Below are positions 21,524 through 33,755 of a stretch of 64,000 bases of DNA, one piece after another. Where the stretch lies: NCBI GenBank assembly GCA_963792415.1, contig CAWBVY010000004.1, positions 96,001 through 160,000 of the forward strand, in the 5' to 3' direction. The position numbers and the translations under genes were made by a program. The notes under the pieces are model-generated. The model saw only the letters and a program-made list of their open reading frames with translations, did not search any database and was not told where the DNA came from. Numbering within the stretch: the first letter of the stretch is position 1; the number at the start of each line of letters is the position of its first letter. This DNA is from Candidatus Deferrimicrobiaceae bacterium (GTDB taxonomy: Bacteria > Desulfobacterota > Deferrimicrobia > Deferrimicrobiales > Deferrimicrobiaceae).

Positions 21524-21604
21524 ATGGGGTACCTGGTGATCGGAATCGCGTACATCGTTCTGGCGGTCGTCGCGGTGGTGAAACCGCGGGCGGACCACGC
21601 ATGA
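21524..21604 (+). CDS. 26-aa single-pass membrane peptide MGYLVIGIAYIVLAVVAVVKPRADHA
   Basis: AAGGAGGTGG RBS, ATG..TGA, first ORF after the sigma-54 promoter. Confidence 0.6.
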   Translation: MGYLVIGIAYIVLAVVAVVKPRADHA

Positions 21605-21662
21605 AACGTTCCCGGGAGTCGAGCGGGTGAACCGGACCACCGAAAGGAAAAGGGGTGCGCAG

Positions 21663-22373
21663 ATGAAAGAGACGAGATGCCCTTTTCTGGAGACGAAAAC
21701 CGTGACGTTCTGCAAGGCGTTCCCGTCGAAGATGATCCCGGTGGACCGGCTGTACACCTCGGAGAGCCTCTGCACCACCTGCCACTTCGAGGAATGCTCC
21801 CTGTACAACGAGGTGGCCGGCGCCGGCAAGGGGATGGAGAATGTCCGGGGATTTCACCTAAAGTCGGGGTACTACTACCACCCCAAGCACCTGTGGGTCG
21901 CCCCGCACGACGGGGAAGAGGGCGAGGCCCGGGTGGGGATCGACGACTTTTCCGCCCGGCTGGTCGGCAGGGTCGACCGTGCGTCGGTGCCCGCGGTCGG
22001 CGTGGCGGTGAAGGAGAACCACGTCTGCTTCCTCCTCCACTCCGGTCCTCGGACCGCCCACCTGGTTTCGCCCGCCAACGGGGTCGTCAAGGCGGTGAAC
22101 CCGAAGGTGGCCGCGGATCCCTCCCTGCTCAACGACGATCCGTACGGCGAAGGGTGGATCTTCTCCCTGCAGCTCAAAGGGGACGCGGTGAAGGGGCTGT
22201 ACCACGAGACGGTCGCCCGGAAGTGGTACGAGAGCGAGGTCGAACGGCTGCAGCGGGTCTTCTCTTCCGACCTGGGGATGACGGCGACGGACGGCGGGGA
22301 GGCGCTCACGGACATCAGCGGCCGGTTGAACGACGCGCAATGGGGAAAGATCGTCAGCCAATTTCTGGGGTAA
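21663..22373 (+). CDS. GcvH-fold protein with N-terminal Cys-rich domain, no lipoyl Lys
   Basis: CPF..C..CTTCH..C, then YYHPKHLWV, VGIDDF, SPANG.V..VN, DPYGEGW. Confidence 0.85.
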   Translation: MKETRCPFLETKTVTFCKAFPSKMIPVDRLYTSESLCTTCHFEECSLYNEVAGAGKGMENVRGFHLKSGYYYHPKHLWVAPHDGEEGEARVGIDDFSARLVGRVDRASVPAVGVAVKENHVCFLLHSGPRTAHLVSPANGVVKAVNPKVAADPSLLNDDPYGEGWIFSLQLKGDAVKGLYHETVARKWYESEVERLQRVFSSDLGMTATDGGEALTDISGRLNDAQWGKIVSQFLG

Positions 22374-22389
22374 GAGCAGGAGGTGGGCC

Positions 22390-23064
22390 ATGGTAGTCCT
22401 TCTCGTCGTACTCACGGTTCTCGGATGTATCGCGGTGGACCTGGCCCTCAAGCGGAGGGAGAAGGCGGCGGCGGAAGCCCTTGCCGTCCGTGAGCCGGCC
22501 GCGCTGCTCCCTTCCCTGACGGCGCAGGAACTGCCCGGCGGCCTGTTCGTCCACAGCGGCCACACCTGGGCGAGGCTCGATGCCTCGGGCGCGGTGCAGG
22601 TGGGGCTGGACGGCTTCGCGCAGGGGATCCTGGGGAAGGTCGACCGGTTCGAGCTTCCCCCGGACGGGGCGACGCTGCGCCAGGGGGAGCCGGCGTTCGC
22701 CGCCCTCCAGTCGGGGAAACGGATCGAGTTCGTCTCCCCCGTCGACGGCGTCGTCTGCGCGGTGAACGAGGGGATCAACGCCGACCCGGCGGAGGCGCGG
22801 AAGGAGCCGTACGGGAAGGGGTGGGCGTTCCTGCTCCGGCCGTCCAACCTCTCCCGGGACCTGAAGAAGCTCCGGATCGGCGCGGAGGCCGCGGCGTGGC
22901 TGGAAAGGGAGGCGAAGAGCTTCACCGAGTTCCTCTCCCTGCACCGGGCGGTGCCCGTGGAAGTGGGGGCCACCCTGCAGGATGGAGGGATTCACGTCGA
23001 GGGAATCATGGAGAGCATGGACGGAGAGATTCTCCAGATCGCGATCCGGAAGTATTTCCGCTGA
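22390..23064 (+). CDS. membrane-anchored GcvH-fold protein
   Basis: N-terminal TM; HSGHTWA, VGLDGF, SPVDG, PYGKGW. Confidence 0.85.
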   Translation: MVVLLVVLTVLGCIAVDLALKRREKAAAEALAVREPAALLPSLTAQELPGGLFVHSGHTWARLDASGAVQVGLDGFAQGILGKVDRFELPPDGATLRQGEPAFAALQSGKRIEFVSPVDGVVCAVNEGINADPAEARKEPYGKGWAFLLRPSNLSRDLKKLRIGAEAAAWLEREAKSFTEFLSLHRAVPVEVGATLQDGGIHVEGIMESMDGEILQIAIRKYFR

Positions 23065-23091
23065 CGCCTCACACCACGGGAGGAAAGAGAG

Positions 23092-24009
23092 ATGACCATC
23101 AGCAGACGGAACTTCCTGAAGGCCGCGGGTGCGGCCGGCGGCGCCCTTCTCGGGGGGGGCGCCGCGTCGGCCCGCGCCGCGCAGGTCCCGCAGACCTCGG
23201 CGGGAGGCGTCGAGTTCGACGGGATGCTCATCGACACGACGAAGTGCATCGGCTGCCGCGCCTGCGAGGAGGCGTGCAACGAGGCGAACCATCTCCCCAA
23301 GCCGAGGGTCTCCTTCTCCACCGAGAGCGTGTTCGAGGAGACGCGGGACACGACCACCGGCGCCTTCACGGTCGTGAACCGGTTCCCAAACGAGAAGAAG
23401 CCGCAGGAGCCGATCTTCGTCCGGAAGGAGTGCATGCACTGCAACCAGCCGGCGTGCGCCTCCGCGTGCCTGTGCCGGGCGATGGAGAAGACCAGGGAAG
23501 CCGCGGTCATCTACCACAAGGACCGGTGCATGGGGTGCCGCTACTGCATGATCGCCTGCCCCTTCGACATCCCGAAGTTCGAGTACGACAGCCCCACGCC
23601 TTTCGTGTGGAAGTGCATCTTCTGCAACGAGCGGCAGATGCGGGGGGAGCCGCCCGCCTGCTCCGAGGTGTGCCCCACCGGCGCGACCCTCTTCGGGAAG
23701 AAGCGCGACCTGCTGGAGATCGCCCGGAGCCGGATCTACACGGAGCCGGACAAGTACGTCCACAGGATCTACGGGGAGCACGAGGTCGGCGGGACCGGAT
23801 GGCTCTTCCTGACGGGCGCTCCGCCGGAGAAGCTGGGCCTGCGGACCAACCTGGGGACGACCCCCTACCCCGAGCTCACCTCCGGGTTCCTGTACGGAGT
23901 GCCCCTGGTGTTCGTGCTCTGGCCGTCGCTCCTCATCGGGCTGAACTACCTCATCAAGGATACCAAGGTCGACGAAACGAAGGAGGCCTCCCATGGCGAA
24001 CAGGACTGA
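23092..24009 (+). CDS. Tat-exported 4x[4Fe-4S] protein, HybA/NrfC/HmcB-like
   Basis: SRRNFLK; CIGCRAC..C, CMHC..PAC..C, CMGCRYC..CPF, CIFC..C..CP; C-terminal TM. Confidence 0.9.
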   Translation: MTISRRNFLKAAGAAGGALLGGGAASARAAQVPQTSAGGVEFDGMLIDTTKCIGCRACEEACNEANHLPKPRVSFSTESVFEETRDTTTGAFTVVNRFPNEKKPQEPIFVRKECMHCNQPACASACLCRAMEKTREAAVIYHKDRCMGCRYCMIACPFDIPKFEYDSPTPFVWKCIFCNERQMRGEPPACSEVCPTGATLFGKKRDLLEIARSRIYTEPDKYVHRIYGEHEVGGTGWLFLTGAPPEKLGLRTNLGTTPYPELTSGFLYGVPLVFVLWPSLLIGLNYLIKDTKVDETKEASHGEQD

Positions 24010-25288
24010 CGCGGCGCCCGCGAGCGCCGAAGGCACCATGACCTTCCGGGAGGTGGCTCGGGAAACGATCCGGTTCGTCCTGAGCGAATTCAAACCGAAA
24101 GGGAAGATGCTGACGCCGTTCAACGTCATCACCGGGGGGATCATCCTCTCCGGCCTCGTGATGATCGCCATCCGGTTCGCCTACGGCCTGGGCGCCGTCT
24201 CCAACCTCTCCCAGAACTACCCGTGGGGGATCTGGATCGGCTTCGACGTGGTCACCGGCGTGGCCTTCGCCGGAGGCGCCTACGTCCTGACCTTCGTCGT
24301 CCACATCCTGAAGGTGAAGAAGTACGAGCCGATCGTCCGCGTGACCGTCCTCAACGGATTCCTCGCCTACGTCTTCTACGCCGGCGCGCTCCTGCTCGAC
24401 CTGGGGCGCCCCTGGAACGTCATCAACCCCATCATCGGGAACTCCTTCGGGTTGAGCTCCGTCCTCTTCCTGGTCGCCTGGCACTTCCTCCTCTACATGA
24501 TCTGCGAGTTCCTGGAGTTCTCCCCGGTCGTCGCGCAGTGGCTGAACTGGCCGAGGGCGCGCAGGATCCTGGAAGGGCTCACCACCGGCGCCGTCATCTT
24601 CGGGATCACCCTCTCGACGCTCCACCAGTCGGGCCTGGGGGCGCTCTTCCTCCTGGCCCCCTCGAAGATCCACCCGTTGTGGTACTCGGGGAACATCCCG
24701 GTGATGTTCTTCGTCTCCAGCGTCTTCGCGGGCCTTTCCATGGTCATGATCGAGAGCTTCTTCACGCAGAAGGCCTTCAAGGACCGGATCGGGCACGAGC
24801 TCCACGCGGCCCACGACAGCATCCTCCTCGGGCTGGGGAAGGGAGCCGTCGGCGCCCTCTTCGCCTACATCTTCCTCAAGCTCGTCGACTTCGTGCACTA
24901 CAAGCAGTGGGTCTACCTCGACACCCCGATGGGGTACTGGTACCTGTTCGAGATCGTCGGGTTCGTCCTCCTGCCGACCGCCCTCTTCCTCCAGGCGATC
25001 CGGCAGCGCAACCCGAAGCTCGTCCAGTTCACCGCGTTCCTCACGGCGATCGGGGTGATCCTGAACCGGCTCAACGTCTCCGTCATCGCGTTCAAGTGGT
25101 ACGAGGCCGTCCGGTACTACCCCTCCTTCATGGAGATCTGGGTGACGCTGGCGATCATCAGCATGGAACTCTGGGTCTTCCGGTGGGTGATCAACCGGAT
25201 GCCCGTGTTCGGAGAGGCGCATGAGGTGGTGGAGGAAAAAACCGCGGAAGACCTGGAGGTGGTCACATGGAAGGCACCAGCTTTATAG
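23993..25288 (+). CDS. NrfD/HybB/HmcC-like polytopic membrane subunit
   Basis: YPWGIWIGFDV, DLGRPW, LSTLHQSGLG, HPLWY, NRLN, YYPS. Confidence 0.9.
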   Translation: MANRTDAAPASAEGTMTFREVARETIRFVLSEFKPKGKMLTPFNVITGGIILSGLVMIAIRFAYGLGAVSNLSQNYPWGIWIGFDVVTGVAFAGGAYVLTFVVHILKVKKYEPIVRVTVLNGFLAYVFYAGALLLDLGRPWNVINPIIGNSFGLSSVLFLVAWHFLLYMICEFLEFSPVVAQWLNWPRARRILEGLTTGAVIFGITLSTLHQSGLGALFLLAPSKIHPLWYSGNIPVMFFVSSVFAGLSMVMIESFFTQKAFKDRIGHELHAAHDSILLGLGKGAVGALFAYIFLKLVDFVHYKQWVYLDTPMGYWYLFEIVGFVLLPTALFLQAIRQRNPKLVQFTAFLTAIGVILNRLNVSVIAFKWYEAVRYYPSFMEIWVTLAIISMELWVFRWVINRMPVFGEAHEVVEEKTAEDLEVVTWKAPAL

Positions 25289-25959
25289 ACATCTACGCCA
25301 CGAAGGGGATCGAGTACCTGATCGTCATCTCGTTCCTCGCGGCCTTCGTGCTCTTCTGCCGCTACATGTACCAGCCGCGCGAGGGGCAGGCGCGCGCGAG
25401 GATCGCCCCGGAGAGCGAGACCCGGTTCCGGATCCCCGAGGGGCTCTTCTACCACCAGGGGCACGGCTGGCTCCGGCCGGAGCCGGGCTCCATCGGCGTC
25501 GTCGGGCTGGACGACTTCGCCCGGAAGCTCGTCGGGAAGGTGGACGCCGTCGAGCTGCCCGCCGTGGGGTCCCGGCTGGCGCAGGGGGAGAAGGGGTGGA
25601 GCCTCGTGGTCGATTCCGACCGGATCCCGATGCTGTCGCCTGTGGCCGGCGAGGTGGTCGAGGTGAACGACGAGGTTCTCCGGTCCCCCGAGGTCCTGCG
25701 CCAGGACCCGTACGGCAAGGGGTGGCTGCTGAAGGTGAAATCTTCCAGGGTGGCGTCGAACACCCGGAACCTTCTCTCGGGAAAGCTGGCCAGGGCCTGG
25801 ATGGAAAACGCGCTCGACAATCTCCACCCGCTCCACGGCGAAACCATCGGCCCGGTCCTCCAGGACGGCGGTCTCCCCGTGGAGGGGATCGCGCGGATAC
25901 TGGGCGGCCCCGAATGGGTGGAGCTGGCGAAGACGCACCTGCTGACGGACGGGGAGTAA
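25267..25959 (+). CDS. membrane-anchored GcvH-fold protein, no lipoyl Lys
   Basis: DIYATKGIEYL + TM; YHQGHGW, VGLDDF, SPVAGEV..VN, DPYGKGW. Confidence 0.85.
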   Translation: MEGTSFIDIYATKGIEYLIVISFLAAFVLFCRYMYQPREGQARARIAPESETRFRIPEGLFYHQGHGWLRPEPGSIGVVGLDDFARKLVGKVDAVELPAVGSRLAQGEKGWSLVVDSDRIPMLSPVAGEVVEVNDEVLRSPEVLRQDPYGKGWLLKVKSSRVASNTRNLLSGKLARAWMENALDNLHPLHGETIGPVLQDGGLPVEGIARILGGPEWVELAKTHLLTDGE

Positions 25960-25968
25960 CGCGGACCC

Positions 25969-26007
25969 GGGGGACGCCCGCCGCGCATTGCGCGGCGGGC
26001 GTCCCCC
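25969..26007 (+). terminator. strong GC hairpin closing the sigma-54 operon
   Basis: GGGGGACGCCCGCCGCGC-ATT-GCGCGGCGGGCGTCCCCC; weak U tract. Confidence 0.6.
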
Positions 26008-26204
26008 GCTTTCCAAATCCGCCCTCCCGCCCTCCTGCCCGCGTCACGGATCACGCAGACCGCATGCCGGAGCATCGAACGTCCGCGCGAGGACGGGGAC
26101 CCCGCTCCGCTTTGACAGCCCGGCCACGGGCCGCTACTTTATGAAAGGAGGCGCATCCCGCCTGGTATCGCCTCTGATGACCGCAGACCACGCCGGAGGG
26201 GGAA

Positions 26205-27470
26205 ATGGCCTGGTGGCTTCTCCTGGCGGTCGGGTGGACCGTCGCCGCCGTCTGGGCGGGTTCCGCGGTCCTCACGATCCGCTTTCTCCGCGGGAACAGG
26301 CTCGCGGAAAGGGCCGGGGCGACGGCGGATCCGGCGGTTTGGCCCAAGGTCTCGGTGGTGGTTCCCGCGCGGGACGAGGCGGACCGGATCGAAGAGGCCC
26401 TGGGGTCGCTGGCGAACCTCGACTATCCGGCTTTCGAGGTGATCGCCGTGGACGACCGGTCGACGGACGGAACGGGTGCCATCATCGACCGCGTGGCGTC
26501 CGGGGATCCCCGGGTGCGGGCCCTGCACGTAGCCGAACTGCCCGAGGGGTGGCTGGGAAAGTGCCACGCGATGCAGGCGGGGGCGCGGCTGGCCGGAGGG
26601 GAGCTGCTCCTCTTCACCGACGGCGACGTCGTCTTCGCCCCGGACACCCTCCGTCTCGCGGTCCGCTTCCTCCTCGCGCGGAAACTCGACCATCTGGCCC
26701 TCCTGCCCGGCCTCGTCCGCGGCGGATACTGGGAGGACGCCGCGAAGAGCTACTTCGCGATGCTCTTCATCGTGGGGGTCAGGGCCTGGGCGGCCGGTTC
26801 GGCGTCGAAGGGCGCCTACGTCGGCATCGGGGCCTTCAACCTGCTCCGGCGGGCGGCGTACGAGGCGATCGGCGGTCACGAGGCCCTCCGCCTGGAAGTC
26901 ACCGACGACCTGATGCTCGGGAAGAGGGTCAAGCAGGCCGGGTTCCGGCAGGACGCCCTCACCGCCTCCGACCACCTGCGTCTCCGCTGGCAGAAGGGCG
27001 TCGGGGGATTCGTCCGGGGGCTCGAGAAGAACGGATTCGCCGCGCTCGGGTTTTCGCTCCCCTTTCTCCTCCTCGTCACGGCCCTCGTTTTCCTCTTTTA
27101 CGCGGTCCCCTACCTCGGGGTTCTCTCCCTCCGTGACGCCCGCGTCTCCGGGTACGCCCTTTCCGTACTCCTGATGCACGGGCTCTTCGGGTACTGCGCA
27201 TCGTTCGAGCGGAACGGGTGGCTCCTCGCCCCTGCACTCCCGGTCGCCGCCTTCCTCTACCTCTTCGCCATCTGGCGCTCGGCGGTCGTCACCCTCCGCC
27301 GCGGAGGCGTCCGGTGGAGGGAGACCTTCTACCCTCTCGAGCTCCTGAAGCGCGGACGGGGGCCGCTGAACCACTTCATGTACGCGTATACGGAAGCGGA
27401 AGGGAAACCGCTCAGCGAGGACCTGTACGGGTATAACCCGGGCTGCAAAATCACGTTCCGGGAATTTTGA
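26205..27470 (+). CDS. membrane GT2 glycosyltransferase (HpnB-like)
   Basis: VPARDE, DDRSTDGT, GWLGK, FTDGD, GGHE..TDD, WR..FY. Confidence 0.85.
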   Translation: MAWWLLLAVGWTVAAVWAGSAVLTIRFLRGNRLAERAGATADPAVWPKVSVVVPARDEADRIEEALGSLANLDYPAFEVIAVDDRSTDGTGAIIDRVASGDPRVRALHVAELPEGWLGKCHAMQAGARLAGGELLLFTDGDVVFAPDTLRLAVRFLLARKLDHLALLPGLVRGGYWEDAAKSYFAMLFIVGVRAWAAGSASKGAYVGIGAFNLLRRAAYEAIGGHEALRLEVTDDLMLGKRVKQAGFRQDALTASDHLRLRWQKGVGGFVRGLEKNGFAALGFSLPFLLLVTALVFLFYAVPYLGVLSLRDARVSGYALSVLLMHGLFGYCASFERNGWLLAPALPVAAFLYLFAIWRSAVVTLRRGGVRWRETFYPLELLKRGRGPLNHFMYAYTEAEGKPLSEDLYGYNPGCKITFREF

Positions 27471-27480
27471 CCGCCCCGAA

Positions 27481-27514
27481 AAATCCGGGCACCCCTCGGG
27501 GAGTGCCCGGATTT
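27481..27514. terminator. hairpin between convergent GT2 and katG
   Basis: AAATCCGGGCAC...GTGCCCGGATTT. Confidence 0.6.
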
Positions 27515-27649
27515 CATTCCTTGTTTTGCATTTTTCGCCCGTTTCGCCAATGCCGCCCGGACGGGGGTGCGCCGTCCGCTGGGACCGGCTGTTCGCTGAC
27601 CGTTTCTCTGCCGCCCTGTCAGAAGACCGCGAAGACGTTTCCGCTTCGA

Positions 27650-30404
<2,755 letters not shown>

Positions 30405-30581
30405 GGTTACTATTTAAGAATATATCCTATCTGATGTCAACCGTTTTTCCCAATCCTCCGGGGCAGGCCGTTGCAGACAGAAAGGAAATAATCCGGACAC
30501 CCGAAAAAGAATGCCCGGAACGGTATTGCTGTCTCCCCACCCGGGTGTCCCGTTCACGGCGGATTCCACCGCGGATCCCCC

Positions 30582-31725
30582 TCAATCAAGGGTCCTCCGA
30601 TAGAACTTCACCGCGATCGTCATGACGACGACGGTGAAAACCATCAGGGGCCACAGGTTCGGCCAGAGATCCCACCAGCCGTTTCCCTTGAGGAAGATGC
30701 CGCGGGTCAGCCGGTTGAAATAGGTCAGTGGCAGCAGGTTGCCGATGAACCGCGCCCAGGCCGGCATTCCCTGAAACGGGAACATGAACCCGGAAAGCAG
30801 GATGTTCGGCAGGAAGTAGAAAAAGGTCATCTGCATCGCCTGCAGCTGGTTCTTCGCCAGGGAGGACAGGGTGATCCCCACCGTCAGGTTGGCGGCCACG
30901 AAGAGCAGCGCGGCCACGTACAACATCACGACGCTCCCCGCGAAGGGAACCCGGAAGACAAGGCGGGCCGCCAGGATGATGATCGTTGCCTGGACCAGGC
31001 CGATGGCGACGTAGGGGATGATCTTGCCGGTCATCACTTCGAACGGTTTCACCGGCATGGCAGAGCAGGTTTTCCATCGTGCCGCGCTCGAGCTCCCGGG
31101 TGATGGCCAGCCCGGTCATCAGGACCATCGTCATGGTGAGGATGACGCCCATGAGGCCGGGGATGATGTTGTACTGGGTGATCCCTTCGGGGTTGTACAG
31201 GCGATGGACGCGGACTTCGAATGGCGCCTGCCCTCCCGCGAGGTAGGCGATGGGACCGGTCAGATCCTTGGCCGCGACGACCCGGGCGAGCTGGTCGACC
31301 GCCGCCAGAGCCATCCCGGTCGCCATCGGGTCCGTGGCGTCCGCCTCGACCAGCAGGGCGGGGCGTTCGCCGCGCAGCACCCCGCGGGTGAACCCGGCGG
31401 GAATGTTCAGGACGAACTGCACATCGCCGCGCGCCAGCGCCGCCCGGCCCGCCTCCTCGTCCGGCAGCTCGCCGACGATGTCGAAGTATCCGGAAGTCTT
31501 CATCGCGGCGAGAATCGTTCGGGTCATTTCGCTGTGATCCGCGGCGATGATCGCCGTGGGCATCTGCTTGGGGTCTGTGTTGATGGCGTACCCGAACAGC
31601 GCCAGCTGTACGATGGGTATGCCGACGATCATGGCGAAGGTGAGGCGGTCCCGCCGGAGCTGGCGAAATTCCTTGAGGACGATGCTCCACCACCTCGAAA
31701 GGGAAAGCCCGTCGAGACGACTCAT
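30582..31725 (-). CDS. ABC-2 permease (YbhR/YbhS-like), frameshift near 31062
   Basis: KEFRQLRRD..FGYAI..RELERGTMENLL|AMPVKPFE..GKIIPY; one extra base. Confidence 0.85.
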
Positions 31726-32657
31726 GTCCCGGGCCCGGATCCGGCGGCGGACGTTTTCATCTTGTAGATGAAGACGTCCTCGAGGCCCGTGTTCACCTTT
31801 TCCATGCGGAAGACAGTGCCGGCCGCCGCCGCGCGGAGGGTCCGTTCCAGCAGATCCGCGTCCCTCCCGCTCGCGTGGAGCATCTCCGCGAAAAGGACGG
31901 TCTGCTCCACCCCGGGCAGCTTCTGCAGCCTGTCGGAAAGGCCCGGGAGGTCCTCGCCGTAGACCGCCCACGTGGCCAACCCCTGGGCCGCGATCACCTC
32001 CCGCGACGTCCCCTGGGCCAGCAATCTCCCGTCGGAGATGTAGGCCAGTTTATGGCACCGCTCCGCTTCGTCCATGTAATGGGTGCTCACCAGCACGGAG
32101 ATGCCGGCGGCGGAAAGCCGCTGCAGCTCTTCCCAGAAGTCCCGCCGCGCCCCCGGGTCGACCCCCGCCGTCGGCTCGTCCAGGAGCAGCAGTTCCGGAT
32201 CGTGCAGGAGGCAGGCGGCCAGGGCCAGCCGCTGTTTCCAGCCGCCGGAAAGGGTCCCGGTCAGCTGGTTCGCCCTCTCCGTCAGGCCGAGCCCCGTAAG
32301 GGTCCGGTCCACCGCCTCGCGACGGTCGGGCATGCCGTACATGCGCGCCACGAAATCCAGGTTCTCGCGGATGGTCAGATCGTCCCAGTAGGAGAACTTC
32401 TGGGTCATGTAGCCGACACGTCGCTTGATCTGCGCGCTGTCGCTCCGGATGTCGTATCCCAGGCAGTTCCCGCTGCCGGAGTCGGGCCTGAGCAGGCCGC
32501 ACATCATGCGGATGGTGGTCGTTTTCCCGCTGCCGTTCGGGCCGAGGAACCCGAGGATCTCCCCGCGCCGCACCTGCAGGGAAACATCCTTCACGACGTG
32601 CTTGTCGCCGAAGCGCTTGTTCAGCCCACGGACGTCGATGGCGTATTCGTCGCTCAA
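31722..32657 (-). CDS. ABC transporter ATP-binding protein
   Basis: GPNGSGKT, LSGGWKQR, LLDEPT, STHY. Confidence 0.93.
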   Translation of the reverse strand: MSDEYAIDVRGLNKRFGDKHVVKDVSLQVRRGEILGFLGPNGSGKTTTIRMMCGLLRPDSGSGNCLGYDIRSDSAQIKRRVGYMTQKFSYWDDLTIRENLDFVARMYGMPDRREAVDRTLTGLGLTERANQLTGTLSGGWKQRLALAACLLHDPELLLLDEPTAGVDPGARRDFWEELQRLSAAGISVLVSTHYMDEAERCHKLAYISDGRLLAQGTSREVIAAQGLATWAVYGEDLPGLSDRLQKLPGVEQTVLFAEMLHASGRDADLLERTLRAAAAGTVFRMEKVNTGLEDVFIYKMKTSAAGSGPGT

Positions 32658-33691
32658 CGCATCCTTACCTCGACAGGCTGCCCGGGGTGGAGGTCGGGAG
32701 CCTTGTCCGCGGAAGGACGGGCCTCGATCATGTACACCAGCTTGGACCGGGTCTCGTTGCTGTAGATGATCGGGGGGGTATATTCCGATACCGTCGAGAT
32801 ATAGGTCACCTTCGCAGGAATCTCCGCCGGGCAGCCGTCGCAACGGAGGACGACGTCCTTCCCGACGGAGAGCGTGCCGACGACGGCTTCCGGCACGAAG
32901 AAACGCACCTTGATGTTTTCCGGCGGCAGGAGGCGCACCACCGGACTTCCGGCCTGCACCCATTCGCCTTCCCGGTACAGGATGTCGAATACCAGCGCCG
33001 GACCCGGGGCGGAGACCGCCTTCTGATGCAGCATCCAATCCGCCTGTTCCAGGGCTGCGCGGGCCGCGGCCACGTTGGCGGCCTGGGCCTTGATCTGTTC
33101 GTGCCGGGCCGACAGCCCCGCGACGTCGAGCTGGCTCCTCAGCTCCCGGATCCGCGCCGCGTCCGATGCGGCCCGGGCGCGCGTCTCGTCCAGCCGGGCC
33201 CTGGGAATCACCTCCGCCTTGTACAGGGCTTCATCACGGACCAGATCGGCGGAGGATCTCTTCTCCTCGGCGACCGCCTGCGCAAGCTGCGCCCGGATCA
33301 CGTCAAGCTCCTGCGGACGTTTGCCCGTGCGAAGGTCCTCGAGCTGGGCTTCCGCGGCGGAAAGCTGTTGCCTTGCCTGGCGTCGAGCGGCGGCTTCGTT
33401 TTCCGATTCGAGGGCGAACAGCGGCGTCCCGGCAGGGACCCGCTGTCCCTCGGTCACCAGCAGACGGTCCAGACGTCCCCCCACGGAGGACGCAACGTGG
33501 ACGAACTCCCCCTCGACATATCCCTGATAGGCGGGGGGCTGTTTCCCTGAGCAGCCAGTCAACGTCACCAACGCCGCCAACAATGGCAGGCACCTGTTTC
33601 CGATCCGGGATCTGGGAGCGGGATGCGTCAAGGTCACCTCCGGAGCTGCCGGCCTCTTCGGATCGCGGGGCTTGAATCCGTAACGGATCAT
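32654..33691 (-). CDS. HlyD-family membrane fusion lipoprotein (start uncertain)
   Basis: LTGC lipobox, GYVEGE, coiled coil, EYTPPIIY, PGQPV. Confidence 0.88.
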   Translation of the reverse strand: MIRYGFKPRDPKRPAAPEVTLTHPAPRSRIGNRCLPLLAALVTLTGCSGKQPPAYQGYVEGEFVHVASSVGGRLDRLLVTEGQRVPAGTPLFALESENEAAARRQARQQLSAAEAQLEDLRTGKRPQELDVIRAQLAQAVAEEKRSSADLVRDEALYKAEVIPRARLDETRARAASDAARIRELRSQLDVAGLSARHEQIKAQAANVAAARAALEQADWMLHQKAVSAPGPALVFDILYREGEWVQAGSPVVRLLPPENIKVRFFVPEAVVGTLSVGKDVVLRCDGCPAEIPAKVTYISTVSEYTPPIIYSNETRSKLVYMIEARPSADKAPDLHPGQPVEVRMR

Positions 33692-33755
33692 CGCCGACGG
33701 ATGGAACCACCGCGGGCGGATGGCACCGAGCCCCCCGAGGCTCGGTTCTTACCTG

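Noticed and set aside
21771-21785. CTTCH as a cytochrome c motif in GcvH-like 1
   Set aside because: No signal peptide; more likely part of a cytoplasmic Cys metal site
21663-25959. Glycine cleavage system or hydrogenase-2 operon
   Set aside because: No gcvP/T/L and no NiFe large/small subunits; lipoyl Lys is not at the canonical position
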